Shown in pieces: positions 10,093 through 19,052 of a DNA stretch of 64,000 nucleotides (position 1 is the stretch's first letter; the number at the start of each line of letters is the position of its first letter). The stretch lies in contig CAVYTA010000006.1 in assembly GCA_963771355.1 (NCBI GenBank), positions 832,001 through 896,000 on the forward strand, given 5' to 3'. Source of the stretch: an uncultured Candidatus Rokubacteria bacterium. Its GTDB lineage: Bacteria > Methylomirabilota > Methylomirabilia > Rokubacteriales > CSP1-6. The position numbers were made by a program, and so were the translations under genes. Below the pieces are notes generated by a model. That model had not been told where the DNA came from, ran no database searches, and worked only from the letters and a program-made list of their open reading frames with translations.

Positions 10093-10523
10093 CCGCCGCG
10101 CGCATCCTCGCGGTCGGCGGGCGGCGGGCCGGCGAGGACGTGGGAGGCGTGGTGCAGCACCATGCGCCACTCGCCGCCCTGGCGCTCGAAGACATTGGTG
10201 GCGACCAGCGCGGTCACCGCGATGTTCCCCCGGACCTGCGACAGGATGTTCTCCGCGCAGGTGACCCAGCCGGTATCGCCGGTCACCCGCGCCTGGACGT
10301 CGCCCAGGCTGAAGCGCATCTCCCCGCTGCCCTTGAAGATCGCCTCCCACGACTGGCGCACCGCCTCCCAGCCCTCGAGCAGCGCCCAGCCCGGATGGAC
10401 GCACCGCACGTGCTCGCCGTGCGCCCACACGCGCTCCATCTCGCCGAGGTCCAGCGCCTCGAAAGCGCGGTAGAAGCGCGCGTTGGCCTCTTCGACCTCC
10501 GCCGGCTCGTCGTCGGGACTCAT
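10089..10523 (-). CDS. SnoaL-like/NTF2 family protein
   Basis: ANARFYRAFEALD, CVHPGW, ATNVFER and HHAS motifs. Confidence 0.85.
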   Translation of the reverse strand: MSPDDEPAEVEEANARFYRAFEALDLGEMERVWAHGEHVRCVHPGWALLEGWEAVRQSWEAIFKGSGEMRFSLGDVQARVTGDTGWVTCAENILSQVRGNIAVTALVATNVFERQGGEWRMVLHHASHVLAGPPPADREDARGG

Positions 10524-10882
10524 GTCGGGCATGAGACGATCACCCGTCGCCCGACGCGCGAGACGAAGAGCCGCTCCAGGCTCGCGCCGGGGCAGGGGCC
10601 CTCGACACAGAGACCGGTCTCGGGCGTGAAGACGGCGCCGTGCCGCGAGCAGACGAGGTGCCGGCCATCCTCGCCGAAGAATCCGTCGCGGGTAAGATCC
10701 AGCGGCGTGCCCGCGTGGGGACAGCGATTGACGTAGGCGTGAAGGACGCCGCCGACGTTCACGACGAAGCCGTCCAGCGGCGCGTCGAACGGAGCGTCCG
10801 GGCGACGGAGCCGGAAACGGGCGGTCTGGCCCGGCGCGAGCGCATCGTCGTCCAGGCTCCACGTGGTGTCGGCGGCGTGCAC
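10520..10882 (-). CDS. Rieske [2Fe-2S] ferredoxin
   Basis: CPHAG and CSRHGAVF Rieske boxes. Confidence 0.9.
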   Translation of the reverse strand: MHAADTTWSLDDDALAPGQTARFRLRRPDAPFDAPLDGFVVNVGGVLHAYVNRCPHAGTPLDLTRDGFFGEDGRHLVCSRHGAVFTPETGLCVEGPCPGASLERLFVSRVGRRVIVSCPT

Positions 10883-10941
10883 GCTCCCGTTCTATCAGAA
10901 GCCCCGAGCGCGTTCAATTCGGCGTGATACGATGACCGGGT

Positions 10942-11907
10942 ATGGCGGCAGCCGACTCGCTCGCGTCGTCAGGTCTTGCCGTTGACGCGCGGGACCTCAC
11001 CAAGACCTTCCGGTCGGGATGGCTGCGCCCGCGCCGCACCGAGGCCCTCCGCGGCGCGAGCCTCCAGGTGCCGCGCGGCGCGATCTTCGGCCTGCTCGGT
11101 CCCAACGGGGCGGGAAAGACCACCCTCCTCTCCATCCTCGCCACCCTGCTGATTCCCGACGGCGGCAGCGCGCGGGTGCTGGGCTACGACGTGGTGCGGG
11201 AGGCGCGCGAGGTACGCCGACGGCTCAACATGGCGAGCGGCAACGCGTCCTTCGTGTGGAGCCTGCGCCCGGCGGAGGTGCTCGCCTTCTACGGCCGGCT
11301 CTACGGCCTGCACGGCCGCGCCCTGCGCGAGCGCGTGGACGAGCTCATCGAGCTGTGCGAGCTCGGCGCGCATCGGACCACCGAGTACAACGAGCTCTCC
11401 ACCGGGCTCAAGCAGCGCCTCGCCTTCGCCAAGGCATTGCTCAATCGTCCCGAGGTGCTCTTTCTGGACGAGCCTACCCTCGGCCTCGACCCCGACGTGT
11501 CCGTCCGCATCCGGGCCCAGATCGCGCGCCTGCGCCGCGAGCTGGGCACCACCATCATCCTCACCACCCACTACATGCGCGAGGCGGAGGAGCTCTGCGA
11601 CGAGATCGCCTTCATCAAAGGCGGACGCATCCTGGCCCGCGGCGCCGCCGACGCGCTGAAGCGCCAGATCCACATCGGCGAGGTGGTGAGCCTGCGCCTC
11701 GATCCCGCCGAGCCGGTCGGGCTCGCCGAGCTGTCCGGCGTGCTGGGCATGCGGCGGCGCGGCGACCGCCTCGAGGTGACGGTGGACGCGGTGGAGAAGC
11801 GGTTGCCCGAGCTGCTGCGCTGGCTGTACGGGCAGGGCGTGGAGGTACGGGATTGCCGCGTGCGCGAGGCCGATCTGGAGGAGGTGTTCGTTGAGCTCGC
11901 GCGCTGA
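10942..11907 (+). CDS. ABC-2 type exporter ATP-binding protein
   Basis: GPNGAGKTT, LDEPTLGLD and TTHYMREAE motifs. Confidence 0.9.
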   Translation: MAAADSLASSGLAVDARDLTKTFRSGWLRPRRTEALRGASLQVPRGAIFGLLGPNGAGKTTLLSILATLLIPDGGSARVLGYDVVREAREVRRRLNMASGNASFVWSLRPAEVLAFYGRLYGLHGRALRERVDELIELCELGAHRTTEYNELSTGLKQRLAFAKALLNRPEVLFLDEPTLGLDPDVSVRIRAQIARLRRELGTTIILTTHYMREAEELCDEIAFIKGGRILARGAADALKRQIHIGEVVSLRLDPAEPVGLAELSGVLGMRRRGDRLEVTVDAVEKRLPELLRWLYGQGVEVRDCRVREADLEEVFVELAR

Positions 11908-12739
11908 AGTCACGGCGGCGGTGCGGGCCTCGGCGCGCCCGCCCGAAGGGCTCGTCCACGAGTGGGTGCGCACGTGGGCCTTCGCCCACCGCAACCTCAT
12001 CATGGCGCGCCGGAACGTCTTCTTCGTCTTCGAGCTGACGTTCTGGCCCGGGGTGGCCATGCTCTCCCATGGCCTCCTCACTCGCTTCCTCGAGCTGACG
12101 CCCCAGATGACCGCCTTCATCCTCGCCGGCACGGTGGCGCTCTCGACGGTGCAGGTGTGCCAGCTCGACGTCGCCTACGCGGTGCTGTTCGACATCTGGT
12201 CCAAGTCCATGAAGCACCAGTTCCTGGCGCCGGTCTCCATCCGCCATCTCGCGCTGGGCGCGTGGCTGGTGGGGGTGGGACGGGGCCTGGTGGTGTTCGC
12301 CCTCATGGCCGCCATCGGCAGCAGCGCCTTCGGCTTCGACTTCGTCGGGGCGGGGCCGGCGAGCCTGGCCACCTTCCTCCTGGGCTGCTTCCTGTCCGCG
12401 CTCATCATCGGGCTCTTCGTGTGCGCGCTGGTCATCCTGTTCGGCACCCGGGCCGAGTCCTCGGCGTGGGCGGCGGTGAACTTCCTGGTCATGCTGGCGG
12501 GCGTCTACTATCCGGTGTCCGTGCTCCCCGGCTGGGCCCAGACGGTGTCGGCCTTCATCCCGCTCACCTATTTCCTCGACGCGTTCCGCGCCGGCTACGG
12601 CTTCGAGCCCGCGTTCGCCCATCCCGCCCTCATGGGCTTCGCCCTGTCCGCCCTCTACCTGGCGCTCGGGCACTGGGCGCTCGCCGCCGCCCTCACGCGG
12701 TCGCGCCGCACGGGCCTTCTCCTCAAGCTCTCGGAGTGA
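11891..12739 (+). CDS. ABC-2 type exporter permease
   Basis: About six hydrophobic segments, GVYYPVSVLPGW..PLTY motif; overlaps the ATPase gene. Confidence 0.85.
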   Translation: MSSRAEVTAAVRASARPPEGLVHEWVRTWAFAHRNLIMARRNVFFVFELTFWPGVAMLSHGLLTRFLELTPQMTAFILAGTVALSTVQVCQLDVAYAVLFDIWSKSMKHQFLAPVSIRHLALGAWLVGVGRGLVVFALMAAIGSSAFGFDFVGAGPASLATFLLGCFLSALIIGLFVCALVILFGTRAESSAWAAVNFLVMLAGVYYPVSVLPGWAQTVSAFIPLTYFLDAFRAGYGFEPAFAHPALMGFALSALYLALGHWALAAALTRSRRTGLLLKLSE

Positions 12740-12743
12740 CACC

Positions 12744-12905
12744 GTGACCGACAACGCGACCGTCATCCGCACCGAGATCTCCCGGCCCACTCCCGAGATC
12801 GTGAAGGGGTTCCAGGCGCTGGCCACGACCGCGCGGTCCGACTGGAAGAAGAAGCACCGCGCGGGCGTGGACGCCGCGCTCGAGGCGGACGGCTTCCGGG
12901 GGTGA
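12744..12905 (+). pseudogene. 53-aa ORF, possible internally deleted RraA/HMG-aldolase family remnant
   Basis: VTDNATVIRTEISRPTPEIVKGFQALATT resembles RraA-family N-termini and is joined directly to a C-terminal-like tail; GTGA overlap with the next gene. Confidence 0.4.
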
Positions 12906-13696
12906 CGGACTCCGCTCTCTCCGTCGCCTTTCTCGGGCTCCTGTTCGGGGTCCAGCACGCCACCGACGCGGATCACGTGGTGGCGGTGGCGACCATCGTG
13001 AGTCGTACCCGGCGGTTCGGGGCGGGGGCCGTCATCGGCGCCCTCTGGGGCGCCGGTCATACGGTGACCATCGCGGTAGTCGGCGCGCTGATCATCCTCT
13101 TCGGGGTGACGGTGCCGCCCGTGCTGGGCCTGTCCTTGGAGCTGGCGGTGGCGGTGATGCTGGTAGCCCTCGGGGCGGTGCGCATCGCCGGCGCTCTTCG
13201 CGGGGCGGGGGATGTCGCCGCCGAGCATCTCGCGGCCCCGCACCCGCATGACGGCGGATCCGCCTTTCACAGCCATCCCCACCCGCATGGGAACGTGGTG
13301 CACCACCATCCGCACGTGCATCCCTCGGAGCGGCTCCTCGCCGCGCTGCGTGCGGTGGGGCTCGGACAGGTCGCGCGCTCGGTGCTCGTGGGCATCGTGC
13401 ACGGCCTGGCCGGGAGTGCGGCAGTGGCCCTGCTCGCGCTGGCCACCATCGCGGACCCGTACCTGGCGGTGGGCTATCTCATCGTGTTCGGAGTGGGAAC
13501 CATCGTGGGGATGACCGTGATCACGGCCCTGCTCGCCCTGCCGTTCACGGCCGGCGTGCGCCCCCTGCTAGGCTGGCAACGGACGCTCGCCCTGGGGAGC
13601 GGGCTGCTCTCGCTGAGTTTCGGGCTGTACCTGGCCGTGCACATCGGCTTGGTGGACGGCCTGTTCCTCGGGCACGCGGTCTGGTCCCCCAGATAG
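12902..13696 (+). CDS. His-rich nickel/cobalt transporter (NiCoT/UreH-like)
   Basis: HATDADHVVA, WGAGH and HGLAGSA motifs plus a HSHPHPHG..HHHPHVH loop. Confidence 0.85.
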   Translation: MTDSALSVAFLGLLFGVQHATDADHVVAVATIVSRTRRFGAGAVIGALWGAGHTVTIAVVGALIILFGVTVPPVLGLSLELAVAVMLVALGAVRIAGALRGAGDVAAEHLAAPHPHDGGSAFHSHPHPHGNVVHHHPHVHPSERLLAALRAVGLGQVARSVLVGIVHGLAGSAAVALLALATIADPYLAVGYLIVFGVGTIVGMTVITALLALPFTAGVRPLLGWQRTLALGSGLLSLSFGLYLAVHIGLVDGLFLGHAVWSPR

Positions 13697-13706
13697 AGGG
13701 GCGAGG

Positions 13707-14633
13707 TCAGCGGCCGAGAAACTTCCTGATGCTCCGCGCGATCCCGTCCACGTCGAGGCCGTGCTTGGCGTAGAGGCCCTTGGCGTCGCCCGACTCGCCG
13801 AAGCCCACCACGCCCAGCCGCTTCAGCGGCGTGGGCATGGCCTCACCCAGGAGCTCGGCCACGGCGCCGCCCAGCCCGCCGACGATGCTGTGGTCCTCGA
13901 CGGTGACCACGTGGCCGGTCTTGCCCGCCGAGCGCAGGATGGTCTCCTCGTCGAGCGGCTTGATGGTGGCGACGTTCAGCACCTCCGCCCGTATCCCGTC
14001 CGCCTCGAGCCGCTTCACCGCCTCCAGCGCGTTCCACAGCGGGCCGCCGGTGGCGAGCACGCTCACGTCCGTCCCGGGGCGGAGCACCTCGGCGCGACCG
14101 AACTGGAAACGATAGCCGTCTCCGTGCACGGGCTCGAGGTTCTGGCGCGTGAGTCGGAGATACACCGGGCCTGGATGCTCCACCGCCCACGCCACCGCCT
14201 GCTTGGTCTCCAGCTCGTCGGCGGGCTGGACGATGGGGATATTGGTGAGCGAGCGGATGCAGGCGATGTCCTCCAGCCCCATCTGGCTGTAGCCGTCCTC
14301 GCCGATGGCCACACCCACGTGGGTGCCCACGAGCTTCACCGGCGCCTGGGAATACGCGACCGACACGCGGATGGTCTCGAATCGGCCCACCAGGAAGCAG
14401 GCGAAGGAGCAGGCGAAGGGGATGCGACCGGCCAGGGCGAGCCCGGCCGCCACGCCGATCAAGTTGGACTCCGCGATCCCGAGATTGAAGGCACGGCCGG
14501 GATAGGTCTTGGCGAACTTCGCGGTCATGGTGGACTTCGAGAGATCGGCGTCGAGGGTGACGATGCGCTCGTCGCGTGCTCCGAGATCGACGAGGGCTTC
14601 GCCGAAGGCGGCGCGGGAGGCCTTGGCGGGCAT
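13707..14633 (-). CDS. transketolase C-terminal subunit
   Basis: DADLSKST, GIAESN, GEDG, PVYLRL and VEDHSIVGGLG motifs. Confidence 0.9.
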   Translation of the reverse strand: MPAKASRAAFGEALVDLGARDERIVTLDADLSKSTMTAKFAKTYPGRAFNLGIAESNLIGVAAGLALAGRIPFACSFACFLVGRFETIRVSVAYSQAPVKLVGTHVGVAIGEDGYSQMGLEDIACIRSLTNIPIVQPADELETKQAVAWAVEHPGPVYLRLTRQNLEPVHGDGYRFQFGRAEVLRPGTDVSVLATGGPLWNALEAVKRLEADGIRAEVLNVATIKPLDEETILRSAGKTGHVVTVEDHSIVGGLGGAVAELLGEAMPTPLKRLGVVGFGESGDAKGLYAKHGLDVDGIARSIRKFLGR

Positions 14634-15544
14634 CACTTCTTCTCCATGGCGGCGAGCTCCTGCAAGATGGGCGCGGCCCAGGCCGGCGGGGTCCCGCCCT
14701 CGGCGGGAAGTCCCAAGATCTCTCGAATGGCGCGCACCGCTTCGGCGGGAGTGGGGGCCTTGCCGTGCCACTCGGGATTGTCTTCCATGAAGGAGACCCC
14801 CTTGCCCTTCACGGTGTGGGCCACGATGAAAGTGGGCTTGCCGGTGACCGCCTCCGCCTGGTCGAGCGCCTTGTCGATCTGGGCCACGTCATGCCCGTCG
14901 ATCTCGATCACCGGCCAGCCGAAGGACTTCCACTTGTCGGTCACCGGCTCGAGGTCGAGGATCTTCTTCACGTGGTCGTCGAGCTGGATGCCATTGTAGT
15001 CGAGGATCACGCAGAGATTGTCGACGTGGTGGTCGGGCGCCCCGATCTTGGGCGCGGACATCGCCGCCTCCCACACCTGGCCTTCCTGGATTTCGCCGTC
15101 GCCCAGGATGCAGTACACGCGCGAGGGCTTGGCGCCGAGCTTGAGCCCCAGCGCCATGCCCACCGCCATGGACAATCCCTGACCCAGCGAGCCGGTGGCC
15201 GCCTCGATGCCGGGCAGGGCCACGCGGTCCGGGTGGCCCTGGAGAGGACTCCCGAGTTTTCGGAGAGTCAGGAGCAGGCTCTCGGGGAAGAATCCGGCCT
15301 TCGCCATGCACGCGTACTGCGCGGGCACGCAGTGGCCCTTGGAGAGCACCAGCCGGTCGCGGTCCTCCCACGTGGGTCGCTTGGGGTCGTAGCGCATGCG
15401 ATTGAAATAGAGCACGGTGAGGATGTCGATCACGGACAGCGAGCCGCCGGGATGCCCGGAGCCTGCGTGGGTGAGCATACGAATGATCTGGACGCGGCTC
15501 GCGCGCGCGATCTCGCGCAGCCGCCCGACGTCGGGATTCGCCAT
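14633..15544 (-). CDS. transketolase N-terminal subunit
   Basis: SGHPGGSLS, LSKGH, LQGHP, TGSLGQG and GDGEIQEGQVWEA (ThDP) motifs. Confidence 0.92.
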   Translation of the reverse strand: MANPDVGRLREIARASRVQIIRMLTHAGSGHPGGSLSVIDILTVLYFNRMRYDPKRPTWEDRDRLVLSKGHCVPAQYACMAKAGFFPESLLLTLRKLGSPLQGHPDRVALPGIEAATGSLGQGLSMAVGMALGLKLGAKPSRVYCILGDGEIQEGQVWEAAMSAPKIGAPDHHVDNLCVILDYNGIQLDDHVKKILDLEPVTDKWKSFGWPVIEIDGHDVAQIDKALDQAEAVTGKPTFIVAHTVKGKGVSFMEDNPEWHGKAPTPAEAVRAIREILGLPAEGGTPPAWAAPILQELAAMEKK

Positions 15545-15623
15545 CAGTTCACGCCTCCTGTGCTGCTCGGATCATACGGGCCCTCCCCGAGCGGCGCAAG
15601 CGAAGCACCGGACGGGCGTGCCT

Positions 15624-16040
15624 TCAAGGCTCGGTGGGATAGCCCTGGGCGATCCACCCGGGCAGCCCTTCATCGAGGATGAGCATGTTGCGGTAGCCGG
15701 CGGCGTAAAGGACGCGGTAGGCCCCCCGGGCCAGCTCGTGGGGGCACGCTCAGTAGAGGAGGACGAAGTCCTGACGCGAGACCTCGTCGATCCGTCGCGG
15801 TAGCTCCCGGAGTGGAAGGTTCCGCGCGCCTCGGATGCGCCGCTCCTCGAACTCCTCGCGCACGCGGACGTCGACGAAGCGCACGGCCTTCTTGAGATCG
15901 ACGAGGGACTTCGCCTCGGCCACCGACATGTAGCGCTCGGGCACGGCCGGATCCCCGGCGGGCGCGGCGCCCAGACCGAGCAGCGCCAGGCCGACCATGC
16001 CCGCCAGCGCCGCGCGCGGGAGGAGGGCCCGCGGGGTCAT
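15624..16040 (-). CDS. exported rhodanese-domain protein, probable selenoprotein (U-x-C)
   Basis: Signal peptide, then FVDVR..IRGARNLP..VLLY-TGA(15752-15750)-ACPHELARGAYRVLYAAGYRNMLILDEGLPGWIAQGYPTEP. The TGA occupies the rhodanese active-site Cys and the frame continues through the C-terminal G...W motif. Confidence 0.8.
15720..15732 (-). promoter_or_regulatory. candidate bacterial SECIS hairpin
   Basis: GGCCC-GGG-GGGCC starting 17 nt after the UGA, with G in the apical loop. Confidence 0.45.
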
Positions 16041-17233
16041 TGGAACAGCTCCACCCACACCCGCTCGCCCGGCTCGATGTCGCCCCGTTCCTCCTCGATC
16101 ACGATGAAGCAGTTGGCCTGCGCCATGGAGGAAAGGATCCCCGAGCCCTGAGGCCCGGTGGTGCACACCTCCCACCGCTCGCCGGTGTAAGTGAGGATGC
16201 CGCGCTTGAACTCGCGCCGGCCTGCTCTCTTGCGCATGCGCTCGGTGGCCACCGCGTGGAACTGCGGAGGGAAGAGCTCGCGGCGCCCTCCCAGCTTCCA
16301 GAGGGCGGGACGCACGAAGAGGCTGAAGGTGAGCATGGAGGCCACGGGATTGCCGGGCAGCCCGAAGAAGTGGGCGGCGCCGATGCGCCCGAACGCCAGC
16401 GGTCGGCCCGGCTGCATCGCCACCTGCCAGAAGTCGATGCCGCCCGCCTCCTGCAGCACCGCCTTCACCAGATCGTAGTCTCCCACCGAGACACCGCCCG
16501 AGGTGAGCACGATGTCCGCCGACCGCGCCGCCTCGGTGAGGCGCGCCTGGAGCACGTCGTGAAGGTCGGGAACGATGCCGTAGTCGGTGACGCGCCCGCC
16601 CGCCGCCTCGACCAGGCCCTGGAGCGAGAACCGGTTGGAGTCGAAGATCTGACCCGGCTTGCGCGGATCGCCCGGCTCCGCCACCTCGTCGCCGGTGGAC
16701 AGTACCGCCACGCGCGGGCGCTGACGCACGAGCAGCTGCGGAAGGCCCAGGGAGGCGGCCACGCCCAGCTCCTGCGGTCGCAGCACCGATCCCGCGGGCA
16801 GGATGACGCTGCCCGCGCGCACGTCCTCGCCGCGGCTGCGGGTATTGGCGCCGGGCTCGATGGAGGGCACCCGCACGCGGCGGCCGCGCCGCTCGACCAC
16901 CTCCTGCGGATACACCGTGTCGGCGCCGGCCGGCATGGGCGCGCCCGTCATGATGCGCAGCGTCTGTCCGGGCCCGATGGTGCCCGGGAAGACCGCGCCC
17001 GCGGCGAGCTCTCCCACTACCTCGAGGTCCAGGAACACACCGACCGGCACATCGGCATGAGTCACCGCGTAACCGTCCACGGCGGAATTGTCGGTGGGCG
17101 GCACGTCGATGGTCGCGCGCACGTCCTCGGCGAGGACGCGGCCCAGCGCGGCGGTCAGGGGGAGGAGCTCGGGCGGCGCCACCCTGTCCACCTGGGCGAG
17201 CACGCGCGCCTGGGCGTCCTTGACTGGAATCAT
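16037..17233 (-). CDS. moeA: molybdopterin molybdotransferase
   Basis: SAVDGYA, IMTGAPMP, STGDE, SGGVSVGDYD, LPGNP and QGSG motifs. Confidence 0.95.
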   Translation of the reverse strand: MIPVKDAQARVLAQVDRVAPPELLPLTAALGRVLAEDVRATIDVPPTDNSAVDGYAVTHADVPVGVFLDLEVVGELAAGAVFPGTIGPGQTLRIMTGAPMPAGADTVYPQEVVERRGRRVRVPSIEPGANTRSRGEDVRAGSVILPAGSVLRPQELGVAASLGLPQLLVRQRPRVAVLSTGDEVAEPGDPRKPGQIFDSNRFSLQGLVEAAGGRVTDYGIVPDLHDVLQARLTEAARSADIVLTSGGVSVGDYDLVKAVLQEAGGIDFWQVAMQPGRPLAFGRIGAAHFFGLPGNPVASMLTFSLFVRPALWKLGGRRELFPPQFHAVATERMRKRAGRREFKRGILTYTGERWEVCTTGPQGSGILSSMAQANCFIVIEEERGDIEPGERVWVELFQ

Positions 17234-17325
17234 GCCGAGAGCGGCATCATGACGGGAGGGGAATCATGCCGGCATTATACCTGCGCGCCGGTTCGCCGGG
17301 CGCCGGTGCTATGATCCATCGCGCG

Positions 17326-17796
17326 ATGGCCGACGCGCCTCCCGAGCCGTTCCTCGCCGTCGGCGACCCGGTGAAGACCTTGGCACCGCCGCCGGCGGGT
17401 TTCTGGCGGCGCGCGCTGGCGGTGGGCCTCGACTACCTCTTCATCATGGTGTTCCTGTCCGTGGCGGAAGAGGCGAGCCGGCTTCTCTGGGGCGACGTCA
17501 CCGTTCGCTCGCGTGTCTTCCGCGCCGCGTGGATCGCCTTCTCCGGCGCCTTCCCCGCGCTGTACACGGTGCTCTTCCACTCGCTGTGGGGACAGACCAT
17601 GGGCAAGATGATGGTCGGCGCCCGTGTGGTCGCGCTGGACGGCGGCCCGCTGTCCTGGCGGCGCGCCGTCCTGCGCGCCCTGGGCTGGGCGCTGTCGGTG
17701 CTGACCTGCGGGCTCGGCTTCGTGGTGGCGGCCCTGCGGCACGACAAGCGCGGCCTCGCCGATCTGATGGCGGGCACCCGCGTCGAGCGAGTCTGA
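17326..17796 (+). CDS. RDD family membrane protein
   Basis: AGFWRRALA..D, GQTMGK and D.MAGTRV motifs. Confidence 0.85.
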   Translation: MADAPPEPFLAVGDPVKTLAPPPAGFWRRALAVGLDYLFIMVFLSVAEEASRLLWGDVTVRSRVFRAAWIAFSGAFPALYTVLFHSLWGQTMGKMMVGARVVALDGGPLSWRRAVLRALGWALSVLTCGLGFVVAALRHDKRGLADLMAGTRVERV

Positions 17797-17807
17797 GCGG
17801 ACCCTCG

Positions 17808-18470
17808 ATGGCGCTGCCGTTGCCGCTCCGCAACCGGCTCGCCGATCTCATCCTCGAGTCCGTGCACGACGGCGCCGCGCGTGAGGGGCTCGCTGCGGTG
17901 GCGGCGGTGTGCGACGATCCGAACGCGGTCGAGGCGTCGGCGCTGCCGCCGCGCTTCCCCGCCGATCTCTTCGAGCGGGGCCCCCGCGGCCTCGCCGTGC
18001 GGAGCGGGTATGCCGCTCACGCGCGGGAGTTCTGCGCGCGCGCGCGGGCCGGCTGGGGCGTGCTCCGCGCGCGGCCTCTGGATCCCGCCGACGCGCCGCT
18101 GGGATCGGTGCTGGCGGTGGCGGCCGCGCTCTTCGACGCCGGCCTCTTCTTCGAGGTGCACGAGCTGCTCGAGCCGCACTGGTTTCGCGCTCAGGGGGCC
18201 GAGCGCGAGCGACTCCAGGGGCTGATCCAGGTGGCGGTGGGCTTCCAGCACCTCGCCAACGGCAATCTCCGCGGCGCCGTGCTCCTGCTCCACGAGGGAG
18301 GGCGGCGGCTCCAGGGAGGCCTCGCCGGCCTCGAGCTGGAATCCTTCGCGGCCGCCGCGCAGCGCTGCGGGGCCGCCGCCGCCGCGCTGGATCCCGCCGA
18401 CGCGGCGGCGGCGGCGCGCTTCGACTGGACCATGGCGCCGCGCTTTCCGCGCGCGGCGGCAGGCGCCTGA
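17808..18470 (+). CDS. DUF309 domain protein
   Basis: FDAGLFFEVHELLEPHW..LQGLIQVAV..H..GN.RGA motif. Confidence 0.8.
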   Translation: MALPLPLRNRLADLILESVHDGAAREGLAAVAAVCDDPNAVEASALPPRFPADLFERGPRGLAVRSGYAAHAREFCARARAGWGVLRARPLDPADAPLGSVLAVAAALFDAGLFFEVHELLEPHWFRAQGAERERLQGLIQVAVGFQHLANGNLRGAVLLLHEGGRRLQGGLAGLELESFAAAAQRCGAAAAALDPADAAAAARFDWTMAPRFPRAAAGA

Positions 18471-19021
18471 TGCCGCGCATCTTCCTGGTCGGCGAACCCG
18501 CCGAGATCGTGCGGCGCCGCAAGCTGGTGCCCGCGGGAAGCTTCGTGGAAGCGTGGCCCGATCTCCACGTGCGGGGCGACGCCTGGGTCGGGGAGACGTC
18601 GAAGTCCCTGCTGGATGCCCCCGGCGACCCGCTGCCCGTGCGCCTCTCGGTGGACGGCGCGCACGTGCCCCTCTATTACGGCCAACGGCTTTGCGACGTC
18701 GACTCGCTGCCCACCGAGGAGTCGCTCCGCTCGCGCGTCCTCTCCGCCCACGGGATCTCGGCGGTGTGGATCACGCTCGACGCCGCGGGGGCGCGCGCGC
18801 AGTATCAGCCGCAGTCACCCGAGGACCCGGTATTCTTCCTCCGGCGGCCGGGCGGCAGCGCGGCGCACCTGTGGCGGCTCTTCCGCACCCGCGAGGAGGC
18901 GGTGGTGTACATGCGGGAATACTACGGGCGCGACCCCGAAGGCGCGGTGTGGGCGGAATCCTTGCCCGCGGCGAACTGGGAGGAGCTCATCACCCGGTAC
19001 GCCACCCCCCCCATTGACTGA
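18470..19021 (+). CDS. hypothetical protein
   Basis: ATG overlaps the DUF309 stop; typical GC-rich codon usage; no family recognised. Confidence 0.7.
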   Translation: MPRIFLVGEPAEIVRRRKLVPAGSFVEAWPDLHVRGDAWVGETSKSLLDAPGDPLPVRLSVDGAHVPLYYGQRLCDVDSLPTEESLRSRVLSAHGISAVWITLDAAGARAQYQPQSPEDPVFFLRRPGGSAAHLWRLFRTREEAVVYMREYYGRDPEGAVWAESLPAANWEELITRYATPPID

Positions 19022-19052
19022 GGATTCACATCAACCTTCAAGGGAGCCAGCC

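Noticed and set aside
18078..18404. Repeat CTGGATCCCGCCGACGCG twice within the DUF309 gene
   Set aside because: Short in-frame coding repeat (LDPADA) with no sign of mobility.
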